From a virus: a stretch of 39,305 nucleotides of DNA. Shown one piece after another: positions 1 through 8,749 of the stretch. Location of the stretch: the IMG/VR virus record IMGVR_UViG_3300045988_059606; one strand, 5' to 3'. The translations under genes were made by a program, and so were the position numbers. Below the pieces are notes generated by a model, which ran no database searches, had not been told where the DNA came from, and saw nothing but the letters and a program-made list of their open reading frames with translations. How positions within the stretch are numbered: position 1 is the stretch's first letter; each line of letters starts with the position of its first letter.

Positions 1-77
1 GTTTTATTCTTAAATTTTTGCTTATGGTTTATCCTTAACAAATGGTCTAAAAGATCGCGCGCCTTATATTGTATAGT
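1..77. repeat. Terminal direct repeat copy A (identical to 39229..39305); most likely assembler overlap of a circular molecule
   Basis: Base-by-base identity of gttttattcttaaatttttgcttatggtttatccttaacaaatggtctaaaagatcgcgcgccttatattgtatagt at both ends. Confidence 0.95.
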
Positions 78-335
78 GCCGATCTCCGCTCTTTTTTCAC
101 TTGTCTGAACTTCTCCATAAAATAAAAGGTTGTCTCCCTCGTATAGTTTAAGAACGTCTCCAACTGCTATATTTAATTTCAGTTTGGTTATGTTACTATC
201 ATTAGGCGCGTTTAGTACGGTTATTGTTGCCTCCCTTGCCGCCTGCTCTACTGATCCGCTCCATGTAGTCGAAGCAACAACATTTGTAATATTAAGTTGC
301 TTTCCGTCTTTTTTCTTCGTCCAAATAATTTTCAT
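1..335 (-). CDS. N-terminal part of XkdQ-like baseplate hub protein; continues at 39228 after removing the duplicated 77 bp (408 aa in total)
   Basis: ATG at 335..333 overlaps the TGA of the LysM gene (ATGA). My hand translation, MKIIWTKKKDGKQLNITNVVASTTWSGSVEQAAREATITVLNAPNDSNITKLKLNIAVGDVLKLYEGDNLLFYGEVQTSEKRAEIGTIQYKARDLLDHL, runs in frame into the LRINHKQKF... peptide of ORF 38337..39269. Confidence 0.8.
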   Translation of the reverse strand, partial: MKIIWTKKKDGKQLNITNVVASTTWSGSVEQAAREATITVLNAPNDSNITKLKLNIAVGDVLKLYEGDNLLFYGEVQTSEKRAEIGTIQYKARDLLDHLLRINHKQKFKNK

Positions 336-922
336 ACCGGTATCACTATCCTTTTCCCTACCGGCGGTTTTTTCTTATTGGTCATTTTGTTTTTCTTTTG
401 TATCTTTTTTGCGTTTTTACTGCTGCCGGTATATTTTTTTGCAAGTTTCGCCCATGTATCGCCTTTCTTTCCCGTTACGGTCTTGGTTTTGGTTTTCTTG
501 GTTGGTCTGCCTTTTCCTTTTGATGTGGTCGGTTTTCTGTACCGTTTTGTCTCGATCGTGTAGTAAATATCCCCGGTTTTATCGTCGTCTTTGAAACCCC
601 AAGTAAAACTCTCTATTGTGATCTGACGGTTTATGTATGGTGTAATGAGTAGTGTTGCAACCCCATTTTCTTTTATCTTTTCTATGATCTCAACGCATTT
701 TTGAGGTTTCGGGTAGCCTGCGTATTGATCGTAATACATTGGATTTTCCGGGAAATGTGCGCTAATCGGTAGCGTGTCTAGCTTGTCAAGTCCTAATAAA
801 TTGACTTCTCCGGTTTTGTTAACCGTTTCCGTGTGGTTATCCTGCCCGCCTGCGTTTTCCCAACTTGCAGGCAGAATAGGTAATCTTAACTCTCTTTTTC
901 CCTGCTTAAACCATATTTCCAC
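332..922 (-). CDS. XkdP-like tail protein with C-terminal LysM peptidoglycan-binding motif
   Basis: C-terminus is LysM-like (KKGDTWAKLAKKYTGSSKNAKKIQKKNKM...PPVGKRIVIP). Sits between tape measure and hub, as in PBSX. Confidence 0.75.
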   Translation of the reverse strand: MEIWFKQGKRELRLPILPASWENAGGQDNHTETVNKTGEVNLLGLDKLDTLPISAHFPENPMYYDQYAGYPKPQKCVEIIEKIKENGVATLLITPYINRQITIESFTWGFKDDDKTGDIYYTIETKRYRKPTTSKGKGRPTKKTKTKTVTGKKGDTWAKLAKKYTGSSKNAKKIQKKNKMTNKKKPPVGKRIVIPV

Positions 923-3499
923 TTAACACACCCCCATATTCAATGCAGTATTTTTAAGGTTTGTAGCGATCTTGTCGGCAATTTCGTCTATATCCGTCTT
1001 ATCTTTTACAATAATTTGATCTGCCAATTTTGGAATCGTAATATTTACCTCTTTCTTTCCGTCGTTCTTGCCTTTTCCTGCCTCCATTTTTGCCAATCGT
1101 CTATCTAGCATAGACAATTTGGCGTTTGACGTGTTTTTAGCAATACTTACGCTTTCGTCGTGCGGATATACCCGGGATCCTTTAGGCAAATCTACAATCT
1201 CGCCGCCCTTTTCGTTGATCTGTGCCAAACCGCCTAACCAATTAGGTGTACCCTTTGCCAATGCAGGAATTTTAGGAATGCTAAAACCAATATGTTTTCC
1301 TCCTACAAGTGGTATTCCGTCCGGTATGTCTACCGAAATACTGTTAATTCCCTCGATTGCACTATTGATAATTCCTATAACTGCGTTAATCGGAACTTTA
1401 CACAATCCGGCTAATGCTTGGAATGCTCCGCCAAATATATTTTTTACGCCCTCCCAAGCCTTTTTCCAATTGCCGGTAAATACGCCGCTTATAAAGTCTA
1501 AAATTCCGTTAAATACCTTTGTTATTCCGCTTATTACCCGTTTAATGCTACCGGCTGCGCTTTCTATTACGTTTGCTGCAATTCTAAACGCTGTTGTAAT
1601 TTCGGTTTTTACAACTGCCATTACTGCTTTTATTACAATTCCAATACCATTAAATACCGGCTTAAGTTTGTTAACAATTTTGCTTACAATGTTAAAAACA
1701 CTCGTAAATACCGTACTAAATGTTGATGCCATTTTGGATAATACCGGGCTTACCGCTTTTACTGCAAATACAAGGACGGATCCTATTACTTTTGCAATTC
1801 TGTTTATATATGGCATAACCTTAGTTATTGTGCCGCCAACAAATATAAACGCCGCCGCGAATAACTTACCTACAACCGGGATCGCCGCTTTTATAGCATT
1901 TGCTATTGTTTTTACAACCGGCGATAAGTTTTGTGCTACGGTTGCAAATGTCCTTGATATGATCGGTACGATTGTTGTTATCGTTCCTACAACTGTTTTT
2001 ATAACCGGCGATAGCGCGTTGATTGCATTTGAGATTACACCTTTTATCTGTGGCATAACGCTCGAAAATGCGTCCTTAACTCTCATTACAACCGGCTTGA
2101 TTTTATCCCAATTTTTAATTATCAGAAATGCGGCAGCCGCCACGCCTGCAAGTACCGCTATTACAATTCCTGCTGGGCTTGTTATAAGTCCTATTACTCC
2201 GCCTGCTTTGTATATTGCCGCGGTAACCTTTCCAAATGTGCTATACACTTTTCCTACCATCGATACTAATTTACCGAAAATCAGTAACGCGGGACCGATC
2301 GCCGCCGCTATTCCTGCGAATTTCATTATCATACTTACTTGTGCGTCGGATAAACCGTTAAACCAATCCGTCGCCTTTTGTACCCAACCTACCGCGTTTT
2401 TAATGTACGGTAGCAATTTATCTCCTATCGTTATCGCCGCACCCTCTAGTGCCGATTTCAATAGGGTTAATTGTCCGTTAAGGTTGTTTAACTGCGTCTG
2501 CGCCGCGTCGTTCGCCGCTCCGCCGCTATTCTTAATGCTGTCCGCAAGCGCGTTATAATCGCTCGTTGACGTATTTATAATTGCAAGCATACCCGCCATG
2601 CTTTCTTTTCCGAATAACTGTTTTGCGTATGCTGCTTGCTGATCTTGTGTCAATCCTTTAAAGGATCCTTGCAGGTTTTTAATGACGTCTCCCCAAGTTT
2701 TCATTGATCCGTCTTGGTTTACTATACTTATGCCTAAATCGTCCATAGCCGCTTTCATGTTCTTTGTTGGTGCTGCCATGTTTGATATTGCATTTTTAAG
2801 GGCGGTTCCTGCTTGGCTGCCCTTAATTCCCATATTTCCCATTACTGCCAATGAGGTTGTAACTTCGTCTATTGAATAACCCATTGTTCCGCAGATTGCG
2901 CCGCAGTATTTATAGCTTTCTCCCAATGTATCTACCGACACGTTGGCAGACGTACAAGCCTTTGTCATTACGTCCGCGAATTTTGCGCTATCTGACGCCT
3001 TATAGCCAAATGCGCTTATTGCGTCCGTCATAATATCCGACGTTCTCGCAAGATCTGTACCGGACGCGCTCGCAAGATCCAATATGCCTTTTAAGCCGTC
3101 TATGTTTTCTTTTGCCGTCCAACCTGCCATGCCGGTGTATTGCATTGCCTCGGCGCATTCCTGCGCGCTCCATGCGGTAGACGCTCCAAGATCTTTTCCT
3201 AATTGTGTTAATTTCTTAAAGTCGTCTCCGGTCGCTCCGGTAATTGCTTGTACGTTGCTCATAGCGCTTTCGTAGTCGGCAGCCGTTTTAACTGCCGCTA
3301 TTCCAACGCCCGCTATTGGTGCGGTAACGCTCTTAGTCATTGTGGATCCGGCGTTGGCTATGGTCTCCCCTGCTTTCTTTATAGATCTCCCCGCCGCTTT
3401 TGCGTTTGCGCTCATTTCTTTCATTGCTTTTAGCGTTTCTTTTGACGGTTTCGTAAACTGATCTATAAACTGAATACACGTTGAAATTACTCTACCCAT
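923..3499 (-). CDS. Tail tape measure protein
   Basis: 858 aa. TP901-type tape measure core (AMSNVQAITGATGDDFKKLTQLGKDLGASTAW) and long Ala/Ile/Val-rich repeats. Follows the chaperone pair. Confidence 0.9.
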   Translation of the reverse strand: MGRVISTCIQFIDQFTKPSKETLKAMKEMSANAKAAGRSIKKAGETIANAGSTMTKSVTAPIAGVGIAAVKTAADYESAMSNVQAITGATGDDFKKLTQLGKDLGASTAWSAQECAEAMQYTGMAGWTAKENIDGLKGILDLASASGTDLARTSDIMTDAISAFGYKASDSAKFADVMTKACTSANVSVDTLGESYKYCGAICGTMGYSIDEVTTSLAVMGNMGIKGSQAGTALKNAISNMAAPTKNMKAAMDDLGISIVNQDGSMKTWGDVIKNLQGSFKGLTQDQQAAYAKQLFGKESMAGMLAIINTSTSDYNALADSIKNSGGAANDAAQTQLNNLNGQLTLLKSALEGAAITIGDKLLPYIKNAVGWVQKATDWFNGLSDAQVSMIMKFAGIAAAIGPALLIFGKLVSMVGKVYSTFGKVTAAIYKAGGVIGLITSPAGIVIAVLAGVAAAAFLIIKNWDKIKPVVMRVKDAFSSVMPQIKGVISNAINALSPVIKTVVGTITTIVPIISRTFATVAQNLSPVVKTIANAIKAAIPVVGKLFAAAFIFVGGTITKVMPYINRIAKVIGSVLVFAVKAVSPVLSKMASTFSTVFTSVFNIVSKIVNKLKPVFNGIGIVIKAVMAVVKTEITTAFRIAANVIESAAGSIKRVISGITKVFNGILDFISGVFTGNWKKAWEGVKNIFGGAFQALAGLCKVPINAVIGIINSAIEGINSISVDIPDGIPLVGGKHIGFSIPKIPALAKGTPNWLGGLAQINEKGGEIVDLPKGSRVYPHDESVSIAKNTSNAKLSMLDRRLAKMEAGKGKNDGKKEVNITIPKLADQIIVKDKTDIDEIADKIATNLKNTALNMGVC

Positions 3500-3502
3500 T
3501 GC

Positions 3503-3694
3503 CTACCCCTCCTCTCCGGATCCGAATATCTGTTGTAATTCTTCGTTTCTGTCCTCTATGTACTGCTGCATATAGGCGTGTGCTATTCTTTTTGCTCCGT
3601 ATGGCAAGTTGATATACTCGCCAACTTTCCAATGTAAAAACCGATAGTGTAAGTAATCAAACTGTACCTCGCTATCGGTTTCGATTAGTTTTTT
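3503..3694 (-). CDS. -1 frameshift extension of the tail assembly chaperone (gpGT-like fusion; full product 3503..4092)
   Basis: The -1 frame is open from the slippery site to TAG 3505..3503. Hand translation: LIETDSEVQFDYLHYRFLHWKVGEYINLPYGAKRIAHAYMQQYIEDRNEELQQIFGSGEEG. It fills the otherwise non-coding gap before the tape measure gene. Confidence 0.7.
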   Translation of the reverse strand, partial: KKLIETDSEVQFDYLHYRFLHWKVGEYINLPYGAKRIAHAYMQQYIEDRNEELQQIFGSGEEG

Positions 3695-4092
3695 AATTCT
3701 TTGTCGGTGTTGTCTCCAATATCAAATCCGGCTAACTTATTAACCTCGATTGCAATTTTGTTAACTTCGCCCTTAAATAACTTAAGTGCCGCCGCGCTCG
3801 GTGTCTGTACGTCCAAATGTTTAAGCAACTCTGTGTCCTTAAGTGGTGGATCTACTACCGCTGCCGCTGCTAAGATCGCGTTTGTTTCAAGCGACTTTTT
3901 AATAATAGGGTTGCCCTCGTCGTCAAGTCCGCTTGCGGAAATATCTAATACCTCCTGCGGATCAATCGCTTTAACCGTGATCTTTGTAGGTTCTCCGAAC
4001 AATTCGCTTAACATTTTGCTTGGAATGTCTTTTGTTTTCTCCTTGTCAAACTCGCCCTTGTCAATTTTTAATAATTTCTCTGCTAAATTCAT
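3685..4092 (-). CDS. Tail assembly chaperone (XkdN-like)
   Basis: 135-aa acidic ORF between tube and tape measure, ending at the slippery site. Confidence 0.75.
   Translation of the reverse strand: MNLAEKLLKIDKGEFDKEKTKDIPSKMLSELFGEPTKITVKAIDPQEVLDISASGLDDEGNPIIKKSLETNAILAAAAVVDPPLKDTELLKHLDVQTPSAAALKLFKGEVNKIAIEVNKLAGFDIGDNTDKELKN
3688..3694 (-). promoter_or_regulatory. Slippery heptamer A_AAA_AAC for programmed -1 ribosomal frameshifting
   Basis: Zero-frame reading is TTA AAA AAC TAA on the minus strand. This fits the X_XXY_YYZ pattern and sits directly before the stop codon. Confidence 0.7.
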
Positions 4093-4110
4093 TTGTTAGC
4101 CCTCCATTTT

Positions 4111-4143
4111 CTTAAAAAACAAAAGGGCTGCAATCCGCAGCCC
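4111..4143 (-). terminator. Rho-independent terminator/attenuator after the tube gene
   Basis: Stem gggctgc (4125..4131) / gcagccc (4137..4143), 5-nt loop, followed on the minus strand by ttttgtttttt. Confidence 0.65.
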
Positions 4144-4158
4144 TTGTAAGTTGTATTA

Positions 4159-4590
4159 TTATGAACTTGTTTCGATCGGATCCCAATCGTCAAACGTGAA
4201 CGCGTATGATCTTTCGCCTAATTTTCCCTGCTCGAAATCTGCAAGAATCATCTTGTCTAACACGCAATTATAATACGCGGCTCTTTCTGCTCCGATCGCG
4301 TCCGGATCATCTACATTTGAAATGATAGTGTGTGTCGGTGTCTTTCCTGCCTTAACTGCCGCCTGCTCTTTCTTCATTACACTATCGTTTACATGGTGTA
4401 ACTTAAATTCTCCCTTTGGTTCTAACCCTGTAATTTTCTGACCGTCCGCCATTTTCATAACCTGCGATACTGCGGTTTTCTTGTAGTTTACTTCCGCCTT
4501 AAAGGCTTTTAACTCTGCCATGTACTCACCGTCGTACCAAATCTGCCCCCAAGTACCGTTAATTACTTGGTTTGCGTTAAAATCTTTCAT
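4159..4590 (-). CDS. Tail tube protein (XkdM-like)
   Basis: 143 aa directly downstream of the sheath gene; N-terminus NGTWGQIWYDGEYMAELKAFKAEV is typical of XkdM-type tubes. Confidence 0.85.
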   Translation of the reverse strand: MKDFNANQVINGTWGQIWYDGEYMAELKAFKAEVNYKKTAVSQVMKMADGQKITGLEPKGEFKLHHVNDSVMKKEQAAVKAGKTPTHTIISNVDDPDAIGAERAAYYNCVLDKMILADFEQGKLGERSYAFTFDDWDPIETSS

Positions 4591-4607
4591 GCTGTTTTTC
4601 TCCTTTC

Positions 4608-5756
4608 TTAGATTGCAATAGGCAAATCTACATCCTCCATAGCGTCTAAGATTGTTACATTTGCCTTAAGTATTACTCTTGATCCGGTATCTAACTTTGC
4701 GATAGCCGTATCGTCCATTGCTGCCAATTTTTCCTCCGTGTATTTTCCTTTACCTACCAAATATGTTTTAATTGCCTCAATGTCGAAATCTACGCTAAAA
4801 TCGTCTGATACGATACCGTCAATTTTCAACTGCTTAAGGTACACTTTGATTGCGGAAATGAGCACGCATTTATTGTCATAACTGTTTGCATACTTGCCTA
4901 AGTAGTCGTCCTCGATTGCTTTTGTTAAATCGTCCGCGATAGCATCCATACAATCTACAATCTTGCATTTCTTGTATGCGTCTCTCTTGCCCTGCACGGT
5001 TGTAGTAAATGAGTTAACCGCTCTCGATACCTTAACTTTCTCTCCGTCGTAGAAAACAATAAACTGCCCTTTTCCTACTGCCTCGTCCATATTTTCCACG
5101 CGCTCGCAATCGTCTAACTCCCCAAGTGGTGCGTATGTTGCGGAGATTGTTAACGGCGTTCCGCAAAGTAAACCTGCAATACGCCCGCAATACTGCTCTG
5201 CGGTATATTCCGTTGTTACCCTGCTTATCGTTCCGTCCTCATTTGTAATAGTCTCTGCGTACACATTTTTATTGATCGTGTAGTTAATTACTCCCTCTGT
5301 GTCTGCTGCGACATTAGGCAATACCGCTTTGATCCTCTTTTTTGCCGTTCTCATTGACTTAACCCATGTAACAATTTCCTGTGTCTTTCCGTCTGTTGAT
5401 ACGGTAGGGATTGCCAAATAATCGAATTTAATATCTTTCCACGCTTTCTGTGCTGCCGTGTATGCCGTTCCTACGGCGTCACTCTTCGCCTCTTTCGCAA
5501 TACCCATTCCATATACCAATACTTTAATAGGTGCCGTCTGATAGCCGATCAATGCTAATTTGATCTGTGCCTTTGTTGTGTCGTCTAATGCGCTAGGAAT
5601 ATCCCCGGTTGACGTGATTGTAACCGGGTTTTTAAGTGGCGCTACGATTGTATCTTTTACTGCTAAAAGTACAATCCCTCGGGATCCTCTCGTAATGAGA
5701 CTTGCGCCTTTTTCTTTGAACGAAATGTTAATTTCCGGTGCTTTTAATGTACTCAT
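4608..5756 (-). CDS. Tail sheath protein (XkdK-like)
   Basis: 382 aa; sheath-tube-chaperone-tape measure synteny. Confidence 0.85.
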   Translation of the reverse strand: MSTLKAPEINISFKEKGASLITRGSRGIVLLAVKDTIVAPLKNPVTITSTGDIPSALDDTTKAQIKLALIGYQTAPIKVLVYGMGIAKEAKSDAVGTAYTAAQKAWKDIKFDYLAIPTVSTDGKTQEIVTWVKSMRTAKKRIKAVLPNVAADTEGVINYTINKNVYAETITNEDGTISRVTTEYTAEQYCGRIAGLLCGTPLTISATYAPLGELDDCERVENMDEAVGKGQFIVFYDGEKVKVSRAVNSFTTTVQGKRDAYKKCKIVDCMDAIADDLTKAIEDDYLGKYANSYDNKCVLISAIKVYLKQLKIDGIVSDDFSVDFDIEAIKTYLVGKGKYTEEKLAAMDDTAIAKLDTGSRVILKANVTILDAMEDVDLPIAI

Positions 5757-5757
5757 T

Positions 5758-6198
5758 TTATGCCTCCTCTTTCTTAATTTCTAAGCTATATTCGCTTGCT
5801 ATTTCTGCCGTTTCTTCCGGCACGGTGTTTTCGTAAAAGTCGAAATCCACCGATATTTGCAAAATGTTTTCTTTCTGTCCTACGTAATCGTGCGTTATTT
5901 CTCCTACCGTCAAGTTTCTATCCGCGATCTTTACGCACATTCCGAATGCGTCGCGCACCTTGTCTAATAGCCTCATTTGGTCTAATTCGTCGGGTGCCGA
6001 TTGGAAATAAGTAATTTTGATAGTGAAACCGGATTTTGCAAAGCCGATCGTTTCGCGTTTGAACGGTTTACTAATTTTTTCCACAAATAAAGAGGGCGTT
6101 GTATAGCCCTCTGTTACTTCTTTCCCGTATACTGTTAAGCCGGTAGCGTTTTCTAGCAATTCGTTAATTGCTGCCTTAATTTCAACGTTTGATAACAC
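5758..6198 (-). CDS. Tail completion/terminator-like protein (position of XkdJ)
   Basis: 146-aa ORF between the head-tail joining genes and the sheath; called by position only. Confidence 0.45.
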   Translation of the reverse strand: MLSNVEIKAAINELLENATGLTVYGKEVTEGYTTPSLFVEKISKPFKRETIGFAKSGFTIKITYFQSAPDELDQMRLLDKVRDAFGMCVKIADRNLTVGEITHDYVGQKENILQISVDFDFYENTVPEETAEIASEYSLEIKKEEA

Positions 6199-6623
6199 TA
6201 TAGATCATGCCTCCCGAAAACCTCATTGCGTAATTGCTCGAACTTCTCCGGTACAATATCTTGATATTCATTTCTTGTTTGTTCCATCATGTGTTTTCCC
6301 GGCACCCAACCTATGACTTTCCCGCCTCGTACTAAGTTGTGCCCGTTCTCCACCAAATGAAAATGTCTTGCCGAATTATAGACAAGCGCTAACGTTGTGT
6401 CTCCCTCTATTTTGGTTTTTACGCCAAACTTATTGCGTAGCTTTTTTGATTGGTCTTTGTTATCGTCTGTTCCGTCCGGGGTTCTTGCTTTGCAACTTTT
6501 CTTAAACTCATTTGCGATTTTTCTTAAGCCGCTCCGCATCTCGTTCGGGTATTCATTTGTTGCAAACCTTAAGTCTGTCTCTAACTCGTCCAATCCCTCG
6601 ATTTTGAAATCAAAACTAGCCAC
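6198..6623 (-). CDS. HK97 gp10-family head-tail joining protein
   Basis: Motifs EMRSGLRKIANEFKKSCKARTP and RHFHLVENGH; synteny. Confidence 0.7.
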   Translation of the reverse strand: MASFDFKIEGLDELETDLRFATNEYPNEMRSGLRKIANEFKKSCKARTPDGTDDNKDQSKKLRNKFGVKTKIEGDTTLALVYNSARHFHLVENGHNLVRGGKVIGWVPGKHMMEQTRNEYQDIVPEKFEQLRNEVFGRHDL

Positions 6624-6963
6624 TTTCTACCACGCTCCTTGCCTCGTCTATCTTCTCTGTGCAAGACATTTCTAGCATTTCGTTGCTCTCGCGAATATTG
6701 CGTATTGATCGAATATTAAACAAGCGATCCCTATATTGTATATACATATCCGGCGTTACGTCCTCCATATAGCGGGTTGTTATGATGTAGGTTAACTCCG
6801 GGTGTTCCTTTTCTGCCTCGATATACTCGCGCCCGCTTTTCGGTTCCACACTCGCCCAAACCGTCCGGATCTTTTTAAGAACCTGCGTCGTTTGGTTCAT
6901 TTCGTTTTTTTCTTCTACGAATTTGCAAAATGAAACCCTTTTGTTTGTTCTTCCTATATCCAT
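6616..6963 (-). CDS. Head closure protein (HK97 gp8-like head-tail adaptor)
   Basis: VWASVEPKSGREYIEAEKEHPELTYIITTRY...LFNIRSI pattern. Confidence 0.7.
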   Translation of the reverse strand: MDIGRTNKRVSFCKFVEEKNEMNQTTQVLKKIRTVWASVEPKSGREYIEAEKEHPELTYIITTRYMEDVTPDMYIQYRDRLFNIRSIRNIRESNEMLEMSCTEKIDEARSVVESG

Positions 6964-6973
6964 AGTTACCGCC

Positions 6974-7291
6974 TCACTTTAATTGCAACTGCAATAAAAG
7001 CGATCTCGTAGAATACGTAAATTCGTCCGGTACTGATCCGCCCGCTGCGCTTACCTTGTTAGAACTTGTTGCCCCTCGGTTTTCGTACCAATACGCGATT
7101 AGCAAGTTTAGATACACTTTTTCTAAGCTGTAATCTATTTCTTTTCCCTCGCTATCGGTTTCCGGGTATTCTTTTCCGGTGGCATTTTCTAAATACTGCT
7201 GCGCGGCAGTTATCAGATTTTTAATAAGTCCGTCGTCCTCGTCAAGATCTACTCTTAAGTGGTTTTTAACCTCGTCAAGTGTTAAAATCAT
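6974..7291 (-). CDS. gp6-like head-tail connector protein
   Basis: N-terminus MILTLDEVKNHLRVDLDEDDGLIKNLITAAQQYLENATGK is typical of this family. Confidence 0.75.
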   Translation of the reverse strand: MILTLDEVKNHLRVDLDEDDGLIKNLITAAQQYLENATGKEYPETDSEGKEIDYSLEKVYLNLLIAYWYENRGATSSNKVSAAGGSVPDEFTYSTRSLLLQLQLK

Positions 7292-7310
7292 TTTTCTACC
7301 TCGCTTTATT

Positions 7311-7341
7311 GCATAATAAAAAGTGCCCTAATCGGGCACTT
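7311..7341 (-). terminator. Rho-independent terminator after the major capsid gene
   Basis: 8-bp stem aagtgccc (7321..7328) / gggcactt (7334..7341), 5-nt loop, then tttattatg on the minus strand. Confidence 0.7.
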
Positions 7342-7344
7342 TCT

Positions 7345-8706
7345 TTAACCTGCCTGCTGTGTTAAAAACTCTGCGATAATATCCGCCTTAGTATCTTCCT
7401 CTGTCTTTGTCATTTTGTAAGACTTTGTTTTCGCTAACGCTAAGATCTGTGCTTTTGTGAGTTTGTTTAACTCTTTCTCGTTGTACTCTCCGTCGCCGTT
7501 AATGTCGTCCGGTACTCCGTCGCCGTTAAGATCTGTTCCGGTTGTTGATACGGTAGCTAATCCCATAACTACCGCGTCTGCGTCTACCGTCTGAATGTCT
7601 AAACGCTCTCTAACCTTAATTCCGGTCTGATCTCTTTCCCACATTCCCGCTGCAAGATTGGAAATATCAATAGTGAGTGTTTCGCGGTCAAAAATAGTAA
7701 TTGCCTCTTTGAGATCTCCGCAAATAATTGGTGCCTTTCCGTCGATATTCTGTAATGTTTTGTTCGGCAGCTTAATAACCGGGTATTCTCCGAATAACAG
7801 CTTTTTGGTCGCCTGCGTCGGATCTTTCTGCAAAATGTAATTGCCTTTTTCATCTTTTAACTTATCCAAGAAATTAAAACCGCTCTGATTGGTTACCACA
7901 ACGGCGCCTAATGCGATAGCAGGGTCAAGCATTACATTAAAAATATCCTTAAGGTTGTCTAATCCGGTAACTGTAACTTCCAACCCCTTACAAATCTCTT
8001 TGATCTTTGCAATAATCATAAAGTTACGCGTTGCCTTTGCTTTCTTTGCAATCCACTTCTTAAGGTAGTTCATAATGTTTTCTGCGGTATCGCTTAACAA
8101 TTCCTGTGTTACCTTAAGAATGCCGCCCTTTTTCTTGATCTTGTAATCTACGTTCTCAAACTGTGGCGTTGAAACATCCGGGAACTCTGCCGCCTCGTCC
8201 ACATTGTCAAATGGTGTCTGGTCTGCCTCACGTTCGATAACGCGTGATCCGGAATTAGTAGTAACGTGTTCTACATTAACTAATGTTTCTAATGCGTCCT
8301 CGCTACGTCTCAATTCTTTAATTTTTGTTTTAATATCTTTTGGCACTGTCAAGCCGCCGTCCTCGTCGCTGCCCTCCGACATAGCGTTAAGGATCTCTTT
8401 ATCCTCCGGGGAAATATCTGTTTTCTTCCATGCAGCCTTAATAGCATTTGTAAATGCCTTTACCTGCTTTGCAAGTCCGTTTTTCTCCCCTGCCGCTGTC
8501 TGTGCCGTTCCCTGCTGTGCCTGCTGCTGCGCGTTCTGCGCGTCGTCGTCGTCAAGATCTGCAAGAATATCAAACGATTTCTGTAAATCCTTTAACTCCT
8601 CTTTTGCGCTTGCTGCGTCCTCGATCTTTCCGTCCGCTACAAGTGCCTTGATCTCTGCTTTTTTTGCATTGATCTTGTTAAGTAATTCTCTCATTTCCTT
8701 ACTCAT
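7345..8706 (-). CDS. Major capsid protein, HK97 family, with N-terminal coiled-coil delta region and an unusual C-terminal extension
   Basis: 453 aa; GGLTVPKDIKTKIKEL motif; follows the ClpP protease and portal genes. Confidence 0.9.
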   Translation of the reverse strand: MSKEMRELLNKINAKKAEIKALVADGKIEDAASAKEELKDLQKSFDILADLDDDDAQNAQQQAQQGTAQTAAGEKNGLAKQVKAFTNAIKAAWKKTDISPEDKEILNAMSEGSDEDGGLTVPKDIKTKIKELRRSEDALETLVNVEHVTTNSGSRVIEREADQTPFDNVDEAAEFPDVSTPQFENVDYKIKKKGGILKVTQELLSDTAENIMNYLKKWIAKKAKATRNFMIIAKIKEICKGLEVTVTGLDNLKDIFNVMLDPAIALGAVVVTNQSGFNFLDKLKDEKGNYILQKDPTQATKKLLFGEYPVIKLPNKTLQNIDGKAPIICGDLKEAITIFDRETLTIDISNLAAGMWERDQTGIKVRERLDIQTVDADAVVMGLATVSTTGTDLNGDGVPDDINGDGEYNEKELNKLTKAQILALAKTKSYKMTKTEEDTKADIIAEFLTQQAG

Positions 8707-8749
8707 GTTTTCGTTTCCTCCTTGTGAAAAGATTGTATTTATTTAAGAC

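Noticed and set aside
1-77. 77-bp end repeats as biological direct terminal repeats or LTR-like elements
   Set aside because: The repeat lies inside a coding sequence that is continuous only if one copy is removed. The length matches a common assembly k-mer.
1068-2558. 496-aa plus-strand ORF and other long plus-strand ORFs (130..594, 8204..8746, 13892..14377 and others)
   Set aside because: These are antisense shadows of well-supported minus-strand genes. They have low-complexity, hydrophobic composition, no ribosome-binding sites and no family resemblance.
7599-7853. 84-aa ORF inside the capsid gene (same strand, different frame), and the 66-aa ORF inside terL (11430..11630)
   Set aside because: Both are embedded in strongly supported genes, have basic low-complexity composition and lack ribosome-binding sites.
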